Shown: positions 23,801 through 38,659 of the stretch, in pieces
Layout of the letters: each line of letters starts with the position of its first letter
Numbering within the stretch: the first letter of the stretch is position 1
From: Ylistrum balloti
Taxonomy: Eukaryota
Assembly (NCBI RefSeq): GCF_031769215.1
Contig: NW_026781894.1
Coordinates: forward strand, 186,001 to 250,000
DNA length: 64,000 bases
Direction of reading: 5' to 3'
Notes under the pieces: generated by a model
Database searches by the model: none
Seen by the model: the letters and a program-made list of their open reading frames with translations, nothing else
Told to the model about the DNA's origin: nothing
Program-made: the position numbers and the translations under genes

Positions 23801-26198
23801 ACTTTCTCTCTCTGCACCCCAGGAACATGTGGCAAATTTGAAGGTTCCATGTATGTCACCTTGTGGACAAAATGAAAAGACTAGTTTGATCCTTTGATAT
23901 ACATAAAACATATCTAGAGGTCACATAATGGTATATTCTAATGGCTTTGAAGTTGGATGTGGCTACTTTGTAAACTTCAATTGGAGCATATCAATTTGTG
24001 ATTAGTCAGTCAGATTTTTTTTTCTAGAACCATTCATATTACTTTGCTTATGCATTCAGTTTTGCCTGATGTTTCAAGGGTGCAGAGAGCAAAATTGATT
24101 GTAACCTTTTGAGTATCGAGGATGAAATATATTCTGCAGTTAAACAAATATCATGAAAACAAGAATGTAGATTCTACACTGCATTAGAATACAATACAGG
24201 TCATATGCATTGCCATATACTATACAAATATATTTTGCACCCCTATTTACAACACCTCCTTCTGTTGATATTTCTAGTTGTAATTTTTTTAATGAACATC
24301 TGAAGACTTGCTCATGTCACTAGTATAGTCAAGTGATCCCTCTTATTTTTTTGAAAGAAGTTTAGAGAGAAGAGGGTTTGTACATGTGTCATGCCATTTT
24401 TTTTACATTTAAGTAAGATTGTTGCCTTGATGGATACTGGCTATTGAAAGTCATGTTGCTGATTGATCCAACTTGTCTTTTAATTACTGTTTAACATGTT
24501 GTCTTCAAATATAAGGTATGCAAGTAGAATTTTGCTTTCCAATTATATAAATAGGCATAGTGATTGATTTCTTTACATTTTGAGTGGACGTAAGTAATGA
24601 CAAAGAAGTTAGATTTATGTATTGTCTGATGTATATCTAGATCTGAAAATTGGTAGGCATAGTGATTGTGAGTATCAGATTTCATGTATGATTACCTCCC
24701 TTGACAAAGTAGATGATTGATTGAAAGAACTTTTCTACCTCTGTTTGCTTGTATCATCAACATATTAAAACTTTATTTCAACTCATCCATATGATCGAGT
24801 GAAGTATTTGCCATGATATAGATGTCAGTTAACGAACTATGTTGATTTTGTTTCATATTTTGTGTTAATGACTTTTTTTTTATCAGTAACATGTTATTTT
24901 TTCAGAATTCATCGAGGGTGTATCTCAATTTAGCGTGAAAGGAGACAAGCTATCAAAATTAAGATGTAAGTAATTTTTTTCTCTGTTTCTATAAATTTGT
25001 CCGTCAGAAATGATAAGCATTTTCACATTTCAATCAATGTAATATTAACTTAACATTTTTAATGCACAGTTAAAAGCTACTTTCTTCGAAGTTTTGTATC
25101 AATATTTATAAATGGCTTGATGTGTTTAGTTGCATTCAAAATCTACGACATGGACAAAGATGGGTATATTTCCAATGGAGAACTGTTTCAAGTACTAAAG
25201 ATGATGGTAGGCAACAACCTTAAAGATACGCAGCTTCAGCAGATAGTGGATAAAACCATCATCCATGCAGATGCTGATGGAGATGGAAAAATATCCTTTG
25301 AAGAATTTTGTGCTGTAAGTTTATTATTATTTTCTAAGTCATGTTAAAACTTAAATATATAAATCAAATATATATATTGTGTGCATATCCAGGTAATCTT
25401 CACTGAAATATTTAAAACACAAAAAGAAAGAAAATAAAAAGAAAAGAAAATGACATGTGAATATTATGTTTGAAGTGATATTGGCCATGCACAATTCTCA
25501 GCATTAGTAGTCATATGGGTAGGTATTCAACTGTACATGTTGAAAGCTGAATGGATGGCTATTTTATGTCAAAAGAATTTCCAAAAAAAACAGGACACCA
25601 ATTATTTTATAAGTACGATGCTTTCTCTAAATTTTAAAAGAAAAAAAAATACATAAGTTTACAAATATATTTTTGGTACACAAAGTATTTTCGTAGTTAA
25701 AAATCTGCAATACAATAGAATGTTTTTTCTCTGTAATACCATATATGTAAATGCTTAATATACATGTATTGTCTTAATTATATACATGCTTACTTTCAAA
25801 AGTATTGTCATGGTATAGTGTTGAGGAAACATAAAAATGTTAATGTCAGTATTATATATATCTAACTGATGATTCTCAGAGACATGGATTCTGTAACCAA
25901 CAACTTTTTGAATGTGTCTAGGAAGATTTTTGCTCTGTATTTCAAAGTGTGTCAATTCAAATCTTAAGAATGATGAGTAAGCTAAACTACATCAACGTCC
26001 ATATGTGACTGTCTTAGAGTTGTAACTAACAAGCTGAAGCATTCAAAAAAAGAAAAAAAAAATCAAAGCATAACCGTACTAGTTCAAATTTGCATGTTTT
26101 TGACAATAAATGTGTTAGGTGCTTATACCTATCTTTCTTTGTAATTTCAGGTTGTAGGAAATATGGATGTCCACAAGAAAATGGTGGTAGATGTATAG
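20869..26198 (+). CDS. PPP3R1: Calcineurin subunit B (EF-hand regulatory subunit of PP2B), 170 aa, 6 exons
   Basis: Exons: 20869-20871 (ATG only, AAAATG|GTAAG), 22929-22968, 23339-23515, 24906-24965, 25130-25314, 26151-26198 (513 nt). Protein: [43 protein letters not shown]...[39 protein letters not shown]...HKKMVVDV*. Confidence 0.97.
23774..24123. mobile_element. Foldback MITE with about 55-bp imperfect TIRs in PPP3R1 intron 3
   Basis: Left ATCCTCGATACTCCAGGGGTTATGATCACTTTCTCTCTCTGCACCCCAGGAACAT versus reverse complement of right ATCCTCGATACTCAAAAGGTTACAATCAATTTTGCTCTCTGCACCCTTGAAACAT. Flanks TTAA and TGAA may be a decayed TTAA target. Confidence 0.7.
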
Positions 26199-29100
26199 TC
26201 CTGTAAAGTTTACATTTAATACATTTTCATTTTAACTTATTTCCATGACATTGCAATTATTATAATGCTGCAGATGAATCCATCGATTTTCAGAATTTGT
26301 TCCCAGTTTGTTTATTGTTCTAAGTAATGGTGTGCGAGTCAAACTGTTCAACCAATGACCGTTGATTCATTGTCTTGTCTGAGGTCTCTACTACATGTAT
26401 ACCAAAGAACCTAATTGCATCAAAGAATTTATATATAGATCAATTTATGTATGATATAACAAAGTACTTGAACAAACAATTAATGAAAATGTTGTAGAAT
26501 GCAAAAAAAAAAAAATATATATATATTGTTGAAACCTTCTTGAAAGGATCTGTGGAATAGTTTATATTGATCATTATATAATTTTATTGTATGATAGAAT
26601 TTTCTTTTGTTCCTGTGTTTTGTATGGAATATTATGATGTTTGATCCCAAACTCTGATGTCATTATCAGAGAGTAGAATGGCCATAATTCAGCTATTTAG
26701 TTGAGTTAGACATTGAGGTATTTTAGTAGGAGCAATTTCTGGAGTTTGTTAGGTATTTTAGTTGTCTACAAATTATAATTCTCAGACAAGACTTGAACCA
26801 TGGACTATTTCAATATGTCCCCTTTTTTGGAACATTTTACAACCGAAGAATATATTTCGTTACAACAAATGAACCTATATGGAGTTACAAGCACTGCTCA
26901 ATCTATTAACACAAATCTGGATGTTTGCAGTTATTTTTACTTTGACTTATACTATTTTCCCCTGTTTTTCCGACATAGTTGTATCAAATATTAGACATCG
27001 TTGCATAATGGTTATGCCATAAGATGGGAGACGGCCCATTTGGTATAAAAGTCAGTATTATAAGAACTTTTAATTACTAAAATGTCAGAAGACTCGCACT
27101 GATTTGAACACTGTCATTCCTTGTAAAGTTTTGTGCTTTTCTAACAGTGTCTTAGATTTTTTAGACTGATTTTATGTGTTTTCAAATTTAACCCTAAACC
27201 AACTTCCTTCAGCATTTTTTGCATTTTAACCTGAAAGAATGGCTGATTTTGCATGTTTTCCTGTCTATCGCTGATCAACAAAACTCACTTCAATATATAA
27301 GTAATATGCAAAGCTGAATGAAATAAAGCAAACAAAAGACTGGTACTTTTGGAAGCAAATTAAGCTACAAAAATATATCCACATTTAGAAACATTTGTCA
27401 ACACACTGCACACAGATTGTAAATACTAAATATGGGATTTGAAGAGTTGAAATTCCCATTAGGTATATCAGGATATTTTGTATGTGATTGAAAAAAAGTA
27501 TTTCAGATAGATTTTTTGTGTCAGTACTGTGAAGACAGTTGGCTTTTAGCATTTTACATTGGATTGAAGTGAGGATACAAATTATATTTATATATATTAT
27601 AAATATATATTTACACACTATTTATGCTGTCAAAACAGTACTACAATTATGTATGGGAGTGAATTTTATTGTCTGTTAAATATTTTGTTTCTTTTATTTA
27701 TTACTATCAAATTGACTTAATGTGTTTTAATGTTACAAATATGTTTGGAATGTTAATGTTTTCTTGTTTTGTGTTTTGTTTTGTATGATAAGATTGTACC
27801 TTTTTTTAAAGACATTAAAAGTTTGATATATAAATCACATATACATTGTAATAGGTACAGACACTGTCATAAGCAGTTACTATGCCATTTGTATAATACC
27901 ATTTTGGCAAGAAAGAGATAGAGCTAGCTTGTATAGTTTTAATAGTAGCACAATATGTGGTATCTGAATACATCCAGTGCAAACAAAATCACATGGTCAA
28001 TCTTGTTATTTTTTTTTAATATAAAAAAATAGGTATCATTTTATCAGAATATAGCTTTTTTTCAAATGGAAGTCTTAAATTGAGTATAATTTATGTTATA
28101 TAAGAAAATATTCCCAATTATTTTGTTTTGTATTATCACAGCAAAACACGAACAACAGCAAAGCTTCATGTCATATATATATTAATATTGATTTAAACTG
28201 GCTAATTGGAGCAGGGATGTGTATCAGGTAACTAGTTAGTCTGATGCCGTGAACCTCATCAAAGAGAGTTTGCCAGACTTTACTCTGAAAATGTTCAGTT
28301 TGAATTAAAGGAAAAAGTGTGGAATCTCTTTCTTTAATTACAGAACAGTCATACTTGCATGCCCTTAATCGATGACCTTAGGAACAGCTTGTGAGACCTA
28401 GCATTGTTAATAAATCCTGGTTCCAAAGTTTTTCAAACGATATTGCATATAGAAGAGTATCACCTAAGTAAATTCAGTGAGACCAGTATAATACTTGCAT
28501 GGTCTTGTGACCTGGTAATATGCCGTAGCTAATCTCTGTAGACTAATTTGACGATGGCAGTGATAAAGTCCAGGTAAAAGTGAACAAACAGGGGTCATAT
28601 TACACACCAAATTTTAAACTGTTATCCTTGCCATTTTTGTGCAGAATATTTTACATCAGCATGTAGATCTATCACACACACAATTGTTTACTAGTCATCA
28701 ATGATTGGAGCTAGAGCTTAGCAACAACAGGAATTCTTACCTCAGTATCCAGATCAATTTTCATGGTATGTTATTTTTTGGTATGTACCTCGTTTTGTAT
28801 AATAATATATATCTCGTGATCAAAAACGGACTCTCTGCTTTTAGTTCTTGATAATGAAAACTTCGTCACTGTTATATATTTTGCTGCAGTTTATTTAGGT
28901 TTCCTATCCTGCTCTTTGTCATTATTTTTCCCACTGATTACACTTTTTATACCTTGAGTGCCTCTACATCTTGTTCGTCCTATACTTATTATTTGTCACT
29001 CAGATTATGCTAATAAGAAAAATGACATTACCTTTAATTTTGAACATTGGATCTGCTAGGAATAAAAGATCTGACACAAACTTCAGCACATTATACCAAA

Positions 29101-32100
29101 CAATAGAAAAATCTGTCAAACAGCCGTGGACATAGTTTGTTATTGCATGACAAACTCCATTTCTTTGTAGTTTGTTTTTTGTTGTACCTATTTATTTTTT
29201 TTATTGTTTCTTATCATATGCCATTTTATAAATTTATCATGTTGACTTTCTGGGTATATAAATCCTAAAAATGTATTTTGTCAATGGAATTGAATAATAG
29301 AAAGTGCAGCTTTAGTGCAATACCATATACTTATTAAAATGCTGATAAGAAGAAAATGCCAACTATTTTTGTGTAAAATTTTGCCAGCTTTATGACAAAT
29401 TTAAGCAAACTTTTTGCATTGCAATATTTCAAAACTTTTTGATGAATACTGACGAACTTTGGATTATCATTCATCATTGTTTAGATGTTTGGCTCCTCCC
29501 ATGAAAACAAAAAATGACAAAGGACAGCTATTACCAGTTCTGTACCTCAGGTTGTTGCCAGTTTTGCTGAAGTTTTTGTCGTTTGTGCAAGTCAAGGTTG
29601 TACGAGAGTTGTGTCACGCCAAGCAAGAAGTTAGCTAACTTGAAAACAATTTACTGTACTTAGTTTTCAGAAACCATTCAACTGACAGTTCTCTAGAATG
29701 ACAAATAGTAAGTCATTTTTTCATAATCTTTAATTAGGAATAGGATGTACCTACAGATGGTACCATTTTAGCAATGCTGAATATCACAATAGGCTCAAAG
29801 ACATGTATGCAGCACCAGGTTTGGTATGGATTATTATTATTTTTTTTTTTAAGAGTTCTTTCAGCAGTGTCATCATTCATGATTATGGCCTCAAATTTTG
29901 TACTTAACAGTGTTTAATTCTTCCATGTGGTCCAATTGTAGTTTTCTACAACTGTAAAGCTTAGTTGCAAGTATATCTCGCATAGGACAGTCCCACAACT
30001 TATAGGAAGTATTTTAGATGTCTCAGTATTCTATTGCACCATACTCTGGTCTTTCTCAGGTTTGATAATACATATGACGCTCCAACCTTACTGAAAATGC
30101 AGTGTTCTGAGGCATTCCATTTGTGCATACATCTCTGTCATTGTGTTGTAGTGGTATCTAGTAGACGCCTACTTATTGGATGTATTAGTAACTTTGATCA
30201 GGTCAGTATTATAATATACACTGGTCTGTTTTTGGTAAATGTGTTTGAATGTATATAAATGTAACATGTCATTTTATCTGCCCCGTGTCTCAAACAGTTT
30301 TCTCTTTCCTTAATGATATTTAATATTACAGCATACGCATTGTTGATTGGATCTTATGTTACTGCGGCTCTCTTTTCAAGATTCATTAATACTTTCGTTT
30401 CGCATTGCCATTCTTTTCATATATGTGTGTAATTATTATATAAATAATTGCTATTGCCTATGTAATTGTGGTTTTTTTTAAAAAACAATTTAAATGTTTG
30501 TGTGTTAACATTATTACTAACCCTCACAGTTTCCAAGTTAACATGCAAAAGTCAATATCAGTTACCGAGATGAAATTACTACCAAGAAAAATCTACCAAA
30601 ATATATTTAAACACCTTGATCAGACATCATTGATGATCCCCCATAAACTTCAATCTTTTCATTGTTTTAATGAGATTTACTAATCTATTTTGACTTAAAA
30701 ATTATGAAGTCTGATTGTTAAACAGGTTGTATGTTCAAAATGGCCATAGTTACACAGGTTGTATGTTCAAAACGGCCAGATACGTTTGTATGTGTACATC
30801 AATGGTACTCTCAATGGTACTCTCAATGGTCACTGCAAATGTATTATACTGATACAATCTAATCTGACCTAATTACCTGTTCCTTGTGATTATCTCTGAT
30901 CTGCTGAAGGAGGAAGAACCTGTGATGACTTGTTAGACAAATAGTATCCATATTGCATTATTTTTGAAAAAGAACTAGTTTTAAGTTAAGTCAGTCAGAT
31001 TTAGCATCATACTTGTGGCAAAGTCTAACAAACTGTACTTCAAAATCTCAAAATTCCAAATACGTCTTAAAATATTTGGCTTACTTATTGATAAATGTTT
31101 TCAAAAATACAAACAGAAACATCTGCAAAAAAAATGGTATTAGAAGTAAAATATGAAATTAAGTTGTTAAAATTTATATTCATGCATTTCACACAATATA
31201 CAAGAAATTTTCTCTCTAGGATTTATCTGAAAGGATTTCAGAGAGGCGGTTGCAGCTACAATACAAATCATCAGTACATCCATATGACAATAGCATTGAT
31301 CCATGCAATAGCTGTATTTAGAATATTATTTACTAAAGATGAATTTCCTTAAATATCAGGAGTTTACTATGGGCAGATCTAGTGTTCTCTCTTTATCAGA
31401 ACAAAACATAAGATATCAAAGACGATGTGGATTTTGTTACACGTTTCTGAGGTGGTAACAAACAGTTGGTGTAGCCAATGACAATAATTAAGGTTACATC
31501 TTGTACAAGCAATACTTGTATATCACTCAATGTTAACCTTGAAGTCTGTAGACAACATTTGTTTTGGTTCTTTTGGAATTTGATATTGTACGTTGAATGT
31601 GTTGTTGTAACCCATATATATATAAACAAATTTCCCCTTTCAATATTTGAAATTGAATAAACATTGAATACTTGACATTTGTTTCATTTTTATTTTGTTT
31701 CACACAAACTGTCAGATCAAGATATACATGAAATGTAAGGCCTTCTTCAAAGAGATGGTTAGTCTACTACATGAGCAATTTTTTCAAGCAAAGCTTAAAA
31801 GCCACCAGACAGCTATCTCAATCTCGATAGTAAAGTTTTTATTGCTATCTTTAGAGAAATTTTGGACAAGGGAGGGTAGTTCACAAATTTCATAGGTAGT
31901 TCCCTTGGTCCTTATTGGTGCATGTTCAATTTTGGACCTAAATAGATCTAGAACTTCCAACTCTAGATGACAACCAACACTTTAAAAACAATTTCATCCA
32001 AATGTTTTTTGTAGAATTAGAACTAGAACTGTTATCTTGAGGATTACTAACTGTAATACCCCCACAGATGCAGTTATTTTAGTTGAAGTCCCAATGACTG

Positions 32101-32142
32101 ATTGAGGTTATAATATGCATATACTTCAGACTTTGATTATAT

Positions 32143-32495
32143 AAACAAGAGTGCCGTGGACACAATATACGCCACCACAAAATATAAAGATCAAAGATTG
32201 GTCCTTTTAATTATCGCTTTTAACATGTCTGTATACATAAGCTCAAAATGAAGTCTTGCATTCACAAGGCTCCACTATGAGCAAGCTACAGACACAAAGT
32301 TGAAAATGGCATAAATCTTACAAAAATCAATGAACCATAAAATCGCCCCTTCATGCACATCAAACCATTGTATTAGTGACGTGGAGCAAATGAAAATCTG
32401 ATGATTAGTTTAGGAGGAGTTGCGTTCACAAGAAATTGACGTACAGATGAACGGAGAAGATGAAGCCAATATACAACCGCCTCCTTCGGTGTATG
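32143..32495 (-). mobile_element. HINE-like element
   Basis: Begins AAACAAGAG, ends GACGTACAGATGAACGGA...CAATATACAACCGCCTCCTTCGGTGTAT, in the same layout as the other copies. Confidence 0.45.
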
Positions 32496-33759
32496 AAAAC
32501 AGTTTCCCACAAAAATATGAACATTATACTGACTTGTTAAGCTTACATGTTCTTGTCATAGATGATGGCAATTTTATGTTTGATACGAACGAGTGTGTGT
32601 AATGCAATGACCTCACGGAGTTTAACTTGGTTACATGCTTGTTTTGCCATTGTGACGATTTCTCTTGGGATTTGTTTCAGACTGTGGAGTGGAAGAATTG
32701 AGATCCAACAATGTTGTGTAATGACAAACAGACTGTGATATAAAACCTCCTCCTGAGGACAATACTTCTTTCATGATTTTGTGAAGGACACATTCCAGAC
32801 ACCAATACATTACTTCTTTTCCCAGGTGATTGAATTGGATAATTTGCAATATCAGCTCTGATAAAATAAGTAAATATTTAGTCTCTAGTTATTGGTCCAA
32901 ATGACTTCTACTTTTGAGCAATTATATATAAAGTTTATTCATTTAAATGAGAACATGTTAATGTAACAGTTAAAACTGATAACTGTACAGATTATACACA
33001 GATTTTGACGTACTTCAGTAACACCTAACTTTTAATCAATAGAAACAGTCCAGTTTTATCAAGCCTAGTTTCTTAACACAGGATTTATTTTGAAGCAAAT
33101 TATGTTTAATCAACAATATTTTAGGTCTGTTCTAGTGATAATGAGGAAGTATAGAAAGACTATCATACTGTTTAAAACAAATAATTTTTTCTGTCTTTTT
33201 GGAAACTATATATAGTTTAAATGTGTTTTTCGTACTTGCATTTGTGTCATAATAATATGGAATTTACTTTTTGTTAAATAGTTTTTGTTGGTTAAGGACT
33301 GATGATGTATCCAATTATCAAACTTTGAAAATTACATCCCAGCTCCCCTGTTTATGAAATTGTAGTTCTTTAACATTCTTTACTTAAAAAATGTAACAAG
33401 CAGAGTGTTTCAAGCTAAACATAGCAGAGTTAGGATTTCAGCATTTTGCCATAGCCTAGAAGTAGATGTTACTACTAATCCTAGCTTTCTGATAGGTTCA
33501 AAATTCTCAACAAGTTACCAATGACCTCAAGTTAGTTTTTAATTTTGCATTAAGCACATAAAAATGTCTGATTCACCTTCACATGGTTGAGAGGCTTAAA
33601 GTCTATTTTCTTAATTATCTGGCCATATTTATCTTGTAATAGGCCCATGTGATAAACACACAAACTATGACTTAAAAGTCAGTGGATGGGGTTGAAATAG
33701 CTTTTGTTTTTAATTCTATTGAATGGCAATAGATATAGGTGGGGTTATTACCAGGTTAT

Positions 33760-33935
33760 CAGGGTTTTCCATAAGAGCCGGTCGCCGGCCAATTTGACCG
33801 GCTACTTTGATCATTTGGCTGCCTACACCAATCCAGTTCCATAATAATGTTCCATACACGACTACACTTACATGGCAGGCCAGCCTCCTACTTACACTAC
33901 ACAGCCCACTACTAGCAAAATTATGGAAAACCCTG
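33760..33935. mobile_element. 176-bp MITE, perfect 15-bp TIR, 6-bp TSD GGTTAT
   Basis: CAGGGTTTTCCATAA...TTATGGAAAACCCTG flanked by GGTTAT on both sides. Confidence 0.93.
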
Positions 33936-35264
33936 GGTTATACAAAGTGTTGGCAATTGGCTGTAATTTCATTATTGATCATTAAGTCATTTGCTACCTT
34001 GGATTTGCACAATTGGTGATTTTTCTTGAATAGTCTGTGATGGATCTTTATTGAAATTTCAAATATATGTATAGATTTTCCTTAACCCTTGTCATGCATG
34101 TCAAATTCTAAGATTGATTGAAGATATAAAACTTCTGATATAGAACCAACTTGGATTTTGATAGTGCAATTTGTACAACGTAATTGCAATTTCTTGCAGG
34201 TATGGACAAATTATTTGAATTTTTTTAAGTGCTATTTCAGGGGAGTGTATTGGGGTGCTATAAATGCCATATGGTTTGGATTAAATCGGGTTGTGGGCAA
34301 AATTCCATTGTTCGTGAAAGAATTCCTTTCCCCTTGATTCCTTATGCGCATTCTCAATTTTGGCACAACTGACAGCAATGAACAAAATGGTCAGTAAAAA
34401 AAAAAAAGAAAAGATAAGTGGGAGAAAGATCAAAGTTGAACCAGTGAAGGCCATACAATGGTGGCGGTCAAAATCTCTTTGGCAACAATTATTTATACCT
34501 GACTGTCTTTTTTTGACAAAAAACACAGGTTTTTTTAAACACCAATAATATTGTTCTCTAATCTACTGTCACACAACCTTGGCTCTGTACACTGTGTTTT
34601 GTTACATAAACCTAAAGCGGAAAAATAGGATGGCATTATCAGAGAAGCCTGGATTAGCCACCTTATTTGAGAGACCACAAAAACAAACAAAAACAACACG
34701 GGTAACAATTTTATTAACTAATGGAGACATGTGTAAACAGAACAATTATGTCAACATGGACTTGAATATCTAGAAGTCTCTGCTATTAATCACAGATTTT
34801 ACCTTACCCATGTTATGATAGGAAAATATTACTATTCTTACCCTGGACAGGTCCATCCACACTTTCAATGGGGTGAAATTTCTTATCATTCCCATTAGAA
34901 GACGATGGATTCACCCGTAAGGACTATGGTTTGACTTCACAGCTACACTTCAATGATGTCACATCAGCATTTCAATAAAATCAATTCAACAATGCTAAGA
35001 ATTCACATATCACTTGCTGTAAACAAACCCAGAAGGTTAAGAGAAAAATAATCATTCTCCTCCTTGAGGATAAGACCGGGTAATCTCAATCCTTGGGAAA
35101 AGATTATTAGATGCCAATCACTTGGCAAATAAGGCCAATTTTAAAACCTTTTCCCCTACGGTTGAGATCATCCCATTTCGCCCCAAGGGTATGAAAAATT
35201 CTATCAGTCTGTGTTAAATGAGATCATTAAATCAAGCTGGTCATTATGGTATATAATACAATTA

Positions 35265-35286
35265 TTATATATATATATATATATAT
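35265..35286. repeat. (TA)n microsatellite
   Basis: Seen directly. Confidence 0.95.
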
Positions 35287-38200
35287 AAACACATATTGTG
35301 TGTGTAGGGATAACCAAGATTTGGTAGGTATGTACATATGAAGCACCATCTCATAAAAAATATTCATATGTACTTTCGTTTCAGTCAAATGTTGTTCCTA
35401 ATTTCGATATTTTCAGAAAAATATACCACAATTTTCAGTACAAATTAAAATTCAGAAGCCATTTTATGTACGTTTCTTATCAACATATAGGTACAAGTGG
35501 TGTTGATACATGACACATAACACAAAAGGAATTGTACAATTTCCAAATCCCATAACACCAAATTTTTCACATCAGAACTCTGTATGATGTTCTATAAGGT
35601 AAGACTAAAGGCTTGATGCAGCATTGCTATTCAATAAGTAGTAATAATTATAGTAATGAGAGGGAGGCAATTTAGTAAGAAATGTTTGACTGGCAGAGAA
35701 GAATAAAAAAAGTACCTAATTGTCTACAATACATTTTGATCTCCCAAAGTTACTGGCCTTCGTTTCACTCTGTCAGTACTATAGGTATAATGATCAGCTT
35801 GACAGCCAATGGGAGGCAGGAAGGACTAGAAAGGTACAGATAAATCTACCTTAGAAGATACTGAGTGGACAAGTTGCACTAAGTATATTTTTTATAACTG
35901 CTTACAGCTCTGACCTCCCTTTTTATTCCCTATATTAAGGAGAGAAACTGTGACAGTCCTACTTGTTTTCAGCTTACTTCCCAAATACATCCAAATCTGT
36001 ATGATGTTCTTTATTTCACATCTATATCTGTGGGCTTATATTATAGCATAACCACCTCACAGAGAGTCGTAATCATTTAACAACAATATCAAGAGCCGAA
36101 ACATTGTCTTGATAAACTGGGAGTGAGAAAATCATTATTAAACTTCTAAATTATGTAATTCGATGTAATGAACAAGGACAGCACGAACAATCTGTGCCTA
36201 TAGTTCATTAAGGAACACTAGAATATTCACTTCGAAATCAGTCTGAGATAGTACATTATTCTATTGAAGAGATAAAGAAATTTTATCTACATAATTTTTA
36301 TAAAATATCAAACAGTTTATAAAACTTAATGATAGATGAAGATACCATTATAATAATAATAATTTAAATCTCTCACTTGTATTCTACTGTTTATATTTAT
36401 CAATTGAACAATCAACAAAAACAATGACAAGGTGTTCACTATTCAGACGTGATAAAAACGAACTGAATAATCAATGAGCAAACTTCCAGGATTGGCATTT
36501 TCTTTCAAATAAAGTCAAGGCACAATTAACCGATAAAATGATTCTTCCACTCATAGCCTTGTCCATACGTCCATATTCTCAGAGGTTTAAAGAAAGCTAA
36601 AAGATGAGCAAAAATATAGGGGTAAATGCATAATCTAACAGAAAATGTACACACTTACGTGGAATAAAATCTTACTTAGAGATTGTAAATCAAAATAGTT
36701 CAAATAAATCTGACATCATATTGACTTCTTTTTATCGGAACTTAAGTTGATGAATATAAGAATAATTCAGACTAAATTCAAAACAGTCTTAGTTTGAAGA
36801 TCAAGCTGGTCTTTTGACAGCATTTGGCACCTCTCATTATACAGAGTGCACTCACAAAAACAATTTCTAAACAGGGTTTGTAACAGAATGTGTCCTATAT
36901 ACTAGGAACAAGAAATGTTCACCATGATAAAGAATATATATACTTGTACATGGACATGAAATACATTTCATATTGCAAATATGACTAATATATATTCACA
37001 TTTTTATTTCAATCTTTGACTATGGTATATGTATATAAAGAAATGTGTGGTAAATACAAAGCAAAACAGATTATGTATAATCACTATAGAAAACTGAACA
37101 CACATGTATTATAGCAGAGACAAAATCAAAACATTCCTTTACCATTCATTAAGAGACACCTTTTTCTTAAAATGACCAATTCAATTTCGGTGACTATCAA
37201 TTATCAATCTAAATTTATTTAATTTTTATATAAAAATCAATTACATGAAAATTATTGAAATAAGAAATTGGTATGTAACATGATAATAAAAATTAAAAAG
37301 TAAATACTGGGTGATGCAAATTACAGAAGCCCATGTATCACAAATTCAAATAATTGCAGTTGTTAGTGATCTAGGGGAGATAATTAATTTATGTATCTGC
37401 GAAGGTTTCTTATTTCTTCAGTACTGTTACCGATATGTTCTGAAGTCTAAGAGACATATAGAAGATCTACTATGATCTGTCAATGGATTTCTTTGGTAGG
37501 AAATATATCTCAGTTTTCTTCCGCTACATAAGGACACAGCAAGTGTGGAACAAATAAAACGTAACATTGTGCACATGTAGTAAAGGATTATATATATATA
37601 TAAAAAAAAGGACAAAAAACATTATAAAAAAACTGGGACTATTACAAATTTGAACAAGTACAAGACCTCACTATTAACACAAAAATAATTATTATTATGT
37701 TAAAACATGTAAATATATCACATAATCTTGGCAAATGTTTGCAAAGATATAAATTCCTGCTGTAAAATCAACAATACCTTATTTTTTAAGGAGCGAGTAA
37801 AATCAATTTTTAGAGATATTTTAAGCTGTGATTAAGTTAATTAGGAAATATTTTTGACAAGTGTATGTGAATGGACAAAGACAAAGATTTCAAAATGCAA
37901 TCAAAGGCTATTGCGGGTACAAAAAATTGATTCTTAATGAAACAATCAGTGATAAATAGTGTTTTTATAAACTGATATGTGTAAATGAATAGTATATATA
38001 TCACAAAATTGTAGATGTACATACAAGTTTTCATTATGTAATATGTCAAACACTATTTACATTTTTCTTTCAATTCAAATTTCTTAAGTGCTGTAAAATC
38101 AGAAATTTACAATAAAAAAATAAAATACAATTTTAAAAGCCGTACATAAATACTTTTCTTTTGAAACTTTTAAACCTCTATAATGGCTGTAAGAATTATG

Positions 38201-38659
38201 TATGCAAAGTAACTTGTATATGAAATGCATCAATATTGATTCAAGAAAGACAAACAAGTTCTCTGTTATTGTTGAAGTTATGGTAACACCAGAGTCTCAT
38301 TTTCCTCAAATTTCAAATTCATGAACCAGTACCTGATTTACCTGGTGTTTATTTTCATAATGTACACGATACAATCATTATTAATCAAGATTAATCATAC
38401 AGGGTGTCATGAAAGTGATTGTTTAAGTATCAGGAAGGGAAAGCAATATGACATTCAAGGAATTTGAAGAATGTTTTGGGAATGTTGGTGGTAATAAAAA
38501 TAGTTTTCAAATTACTTCAAAAATGGTGAATAATGTTTTTAATGTTTATCATAAAATATGGATATTGAAATTCTATTTCGATGACTTATTTAAAATCTAA
38601 CCCTAACCCTAAATTTGCACATTTTCCACAGTAAATTATGGATTAACAATTTCTAAAAA

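Noticed and set aside
29546-29638. Minus-strand open stretch LANFLLGVTQLSYNLDLHKRQKLQQNWQQPE between AG and GT
   Set aside because: Weak splice sites, no phase-compatible partner exon found and no recognisable homology.
30931-30945. 15-nt match TGTTAGACAAATAGT to the 3' end of snoRNA candidate copy 1
   Set aside because: Flanks do not align; matches of this length are expected in 64 kb of AT-rich DNA.
38597-38612. CTAACCCTAACCCTAA, telomere-like
   Set aside because: Under three units; expected by chance.
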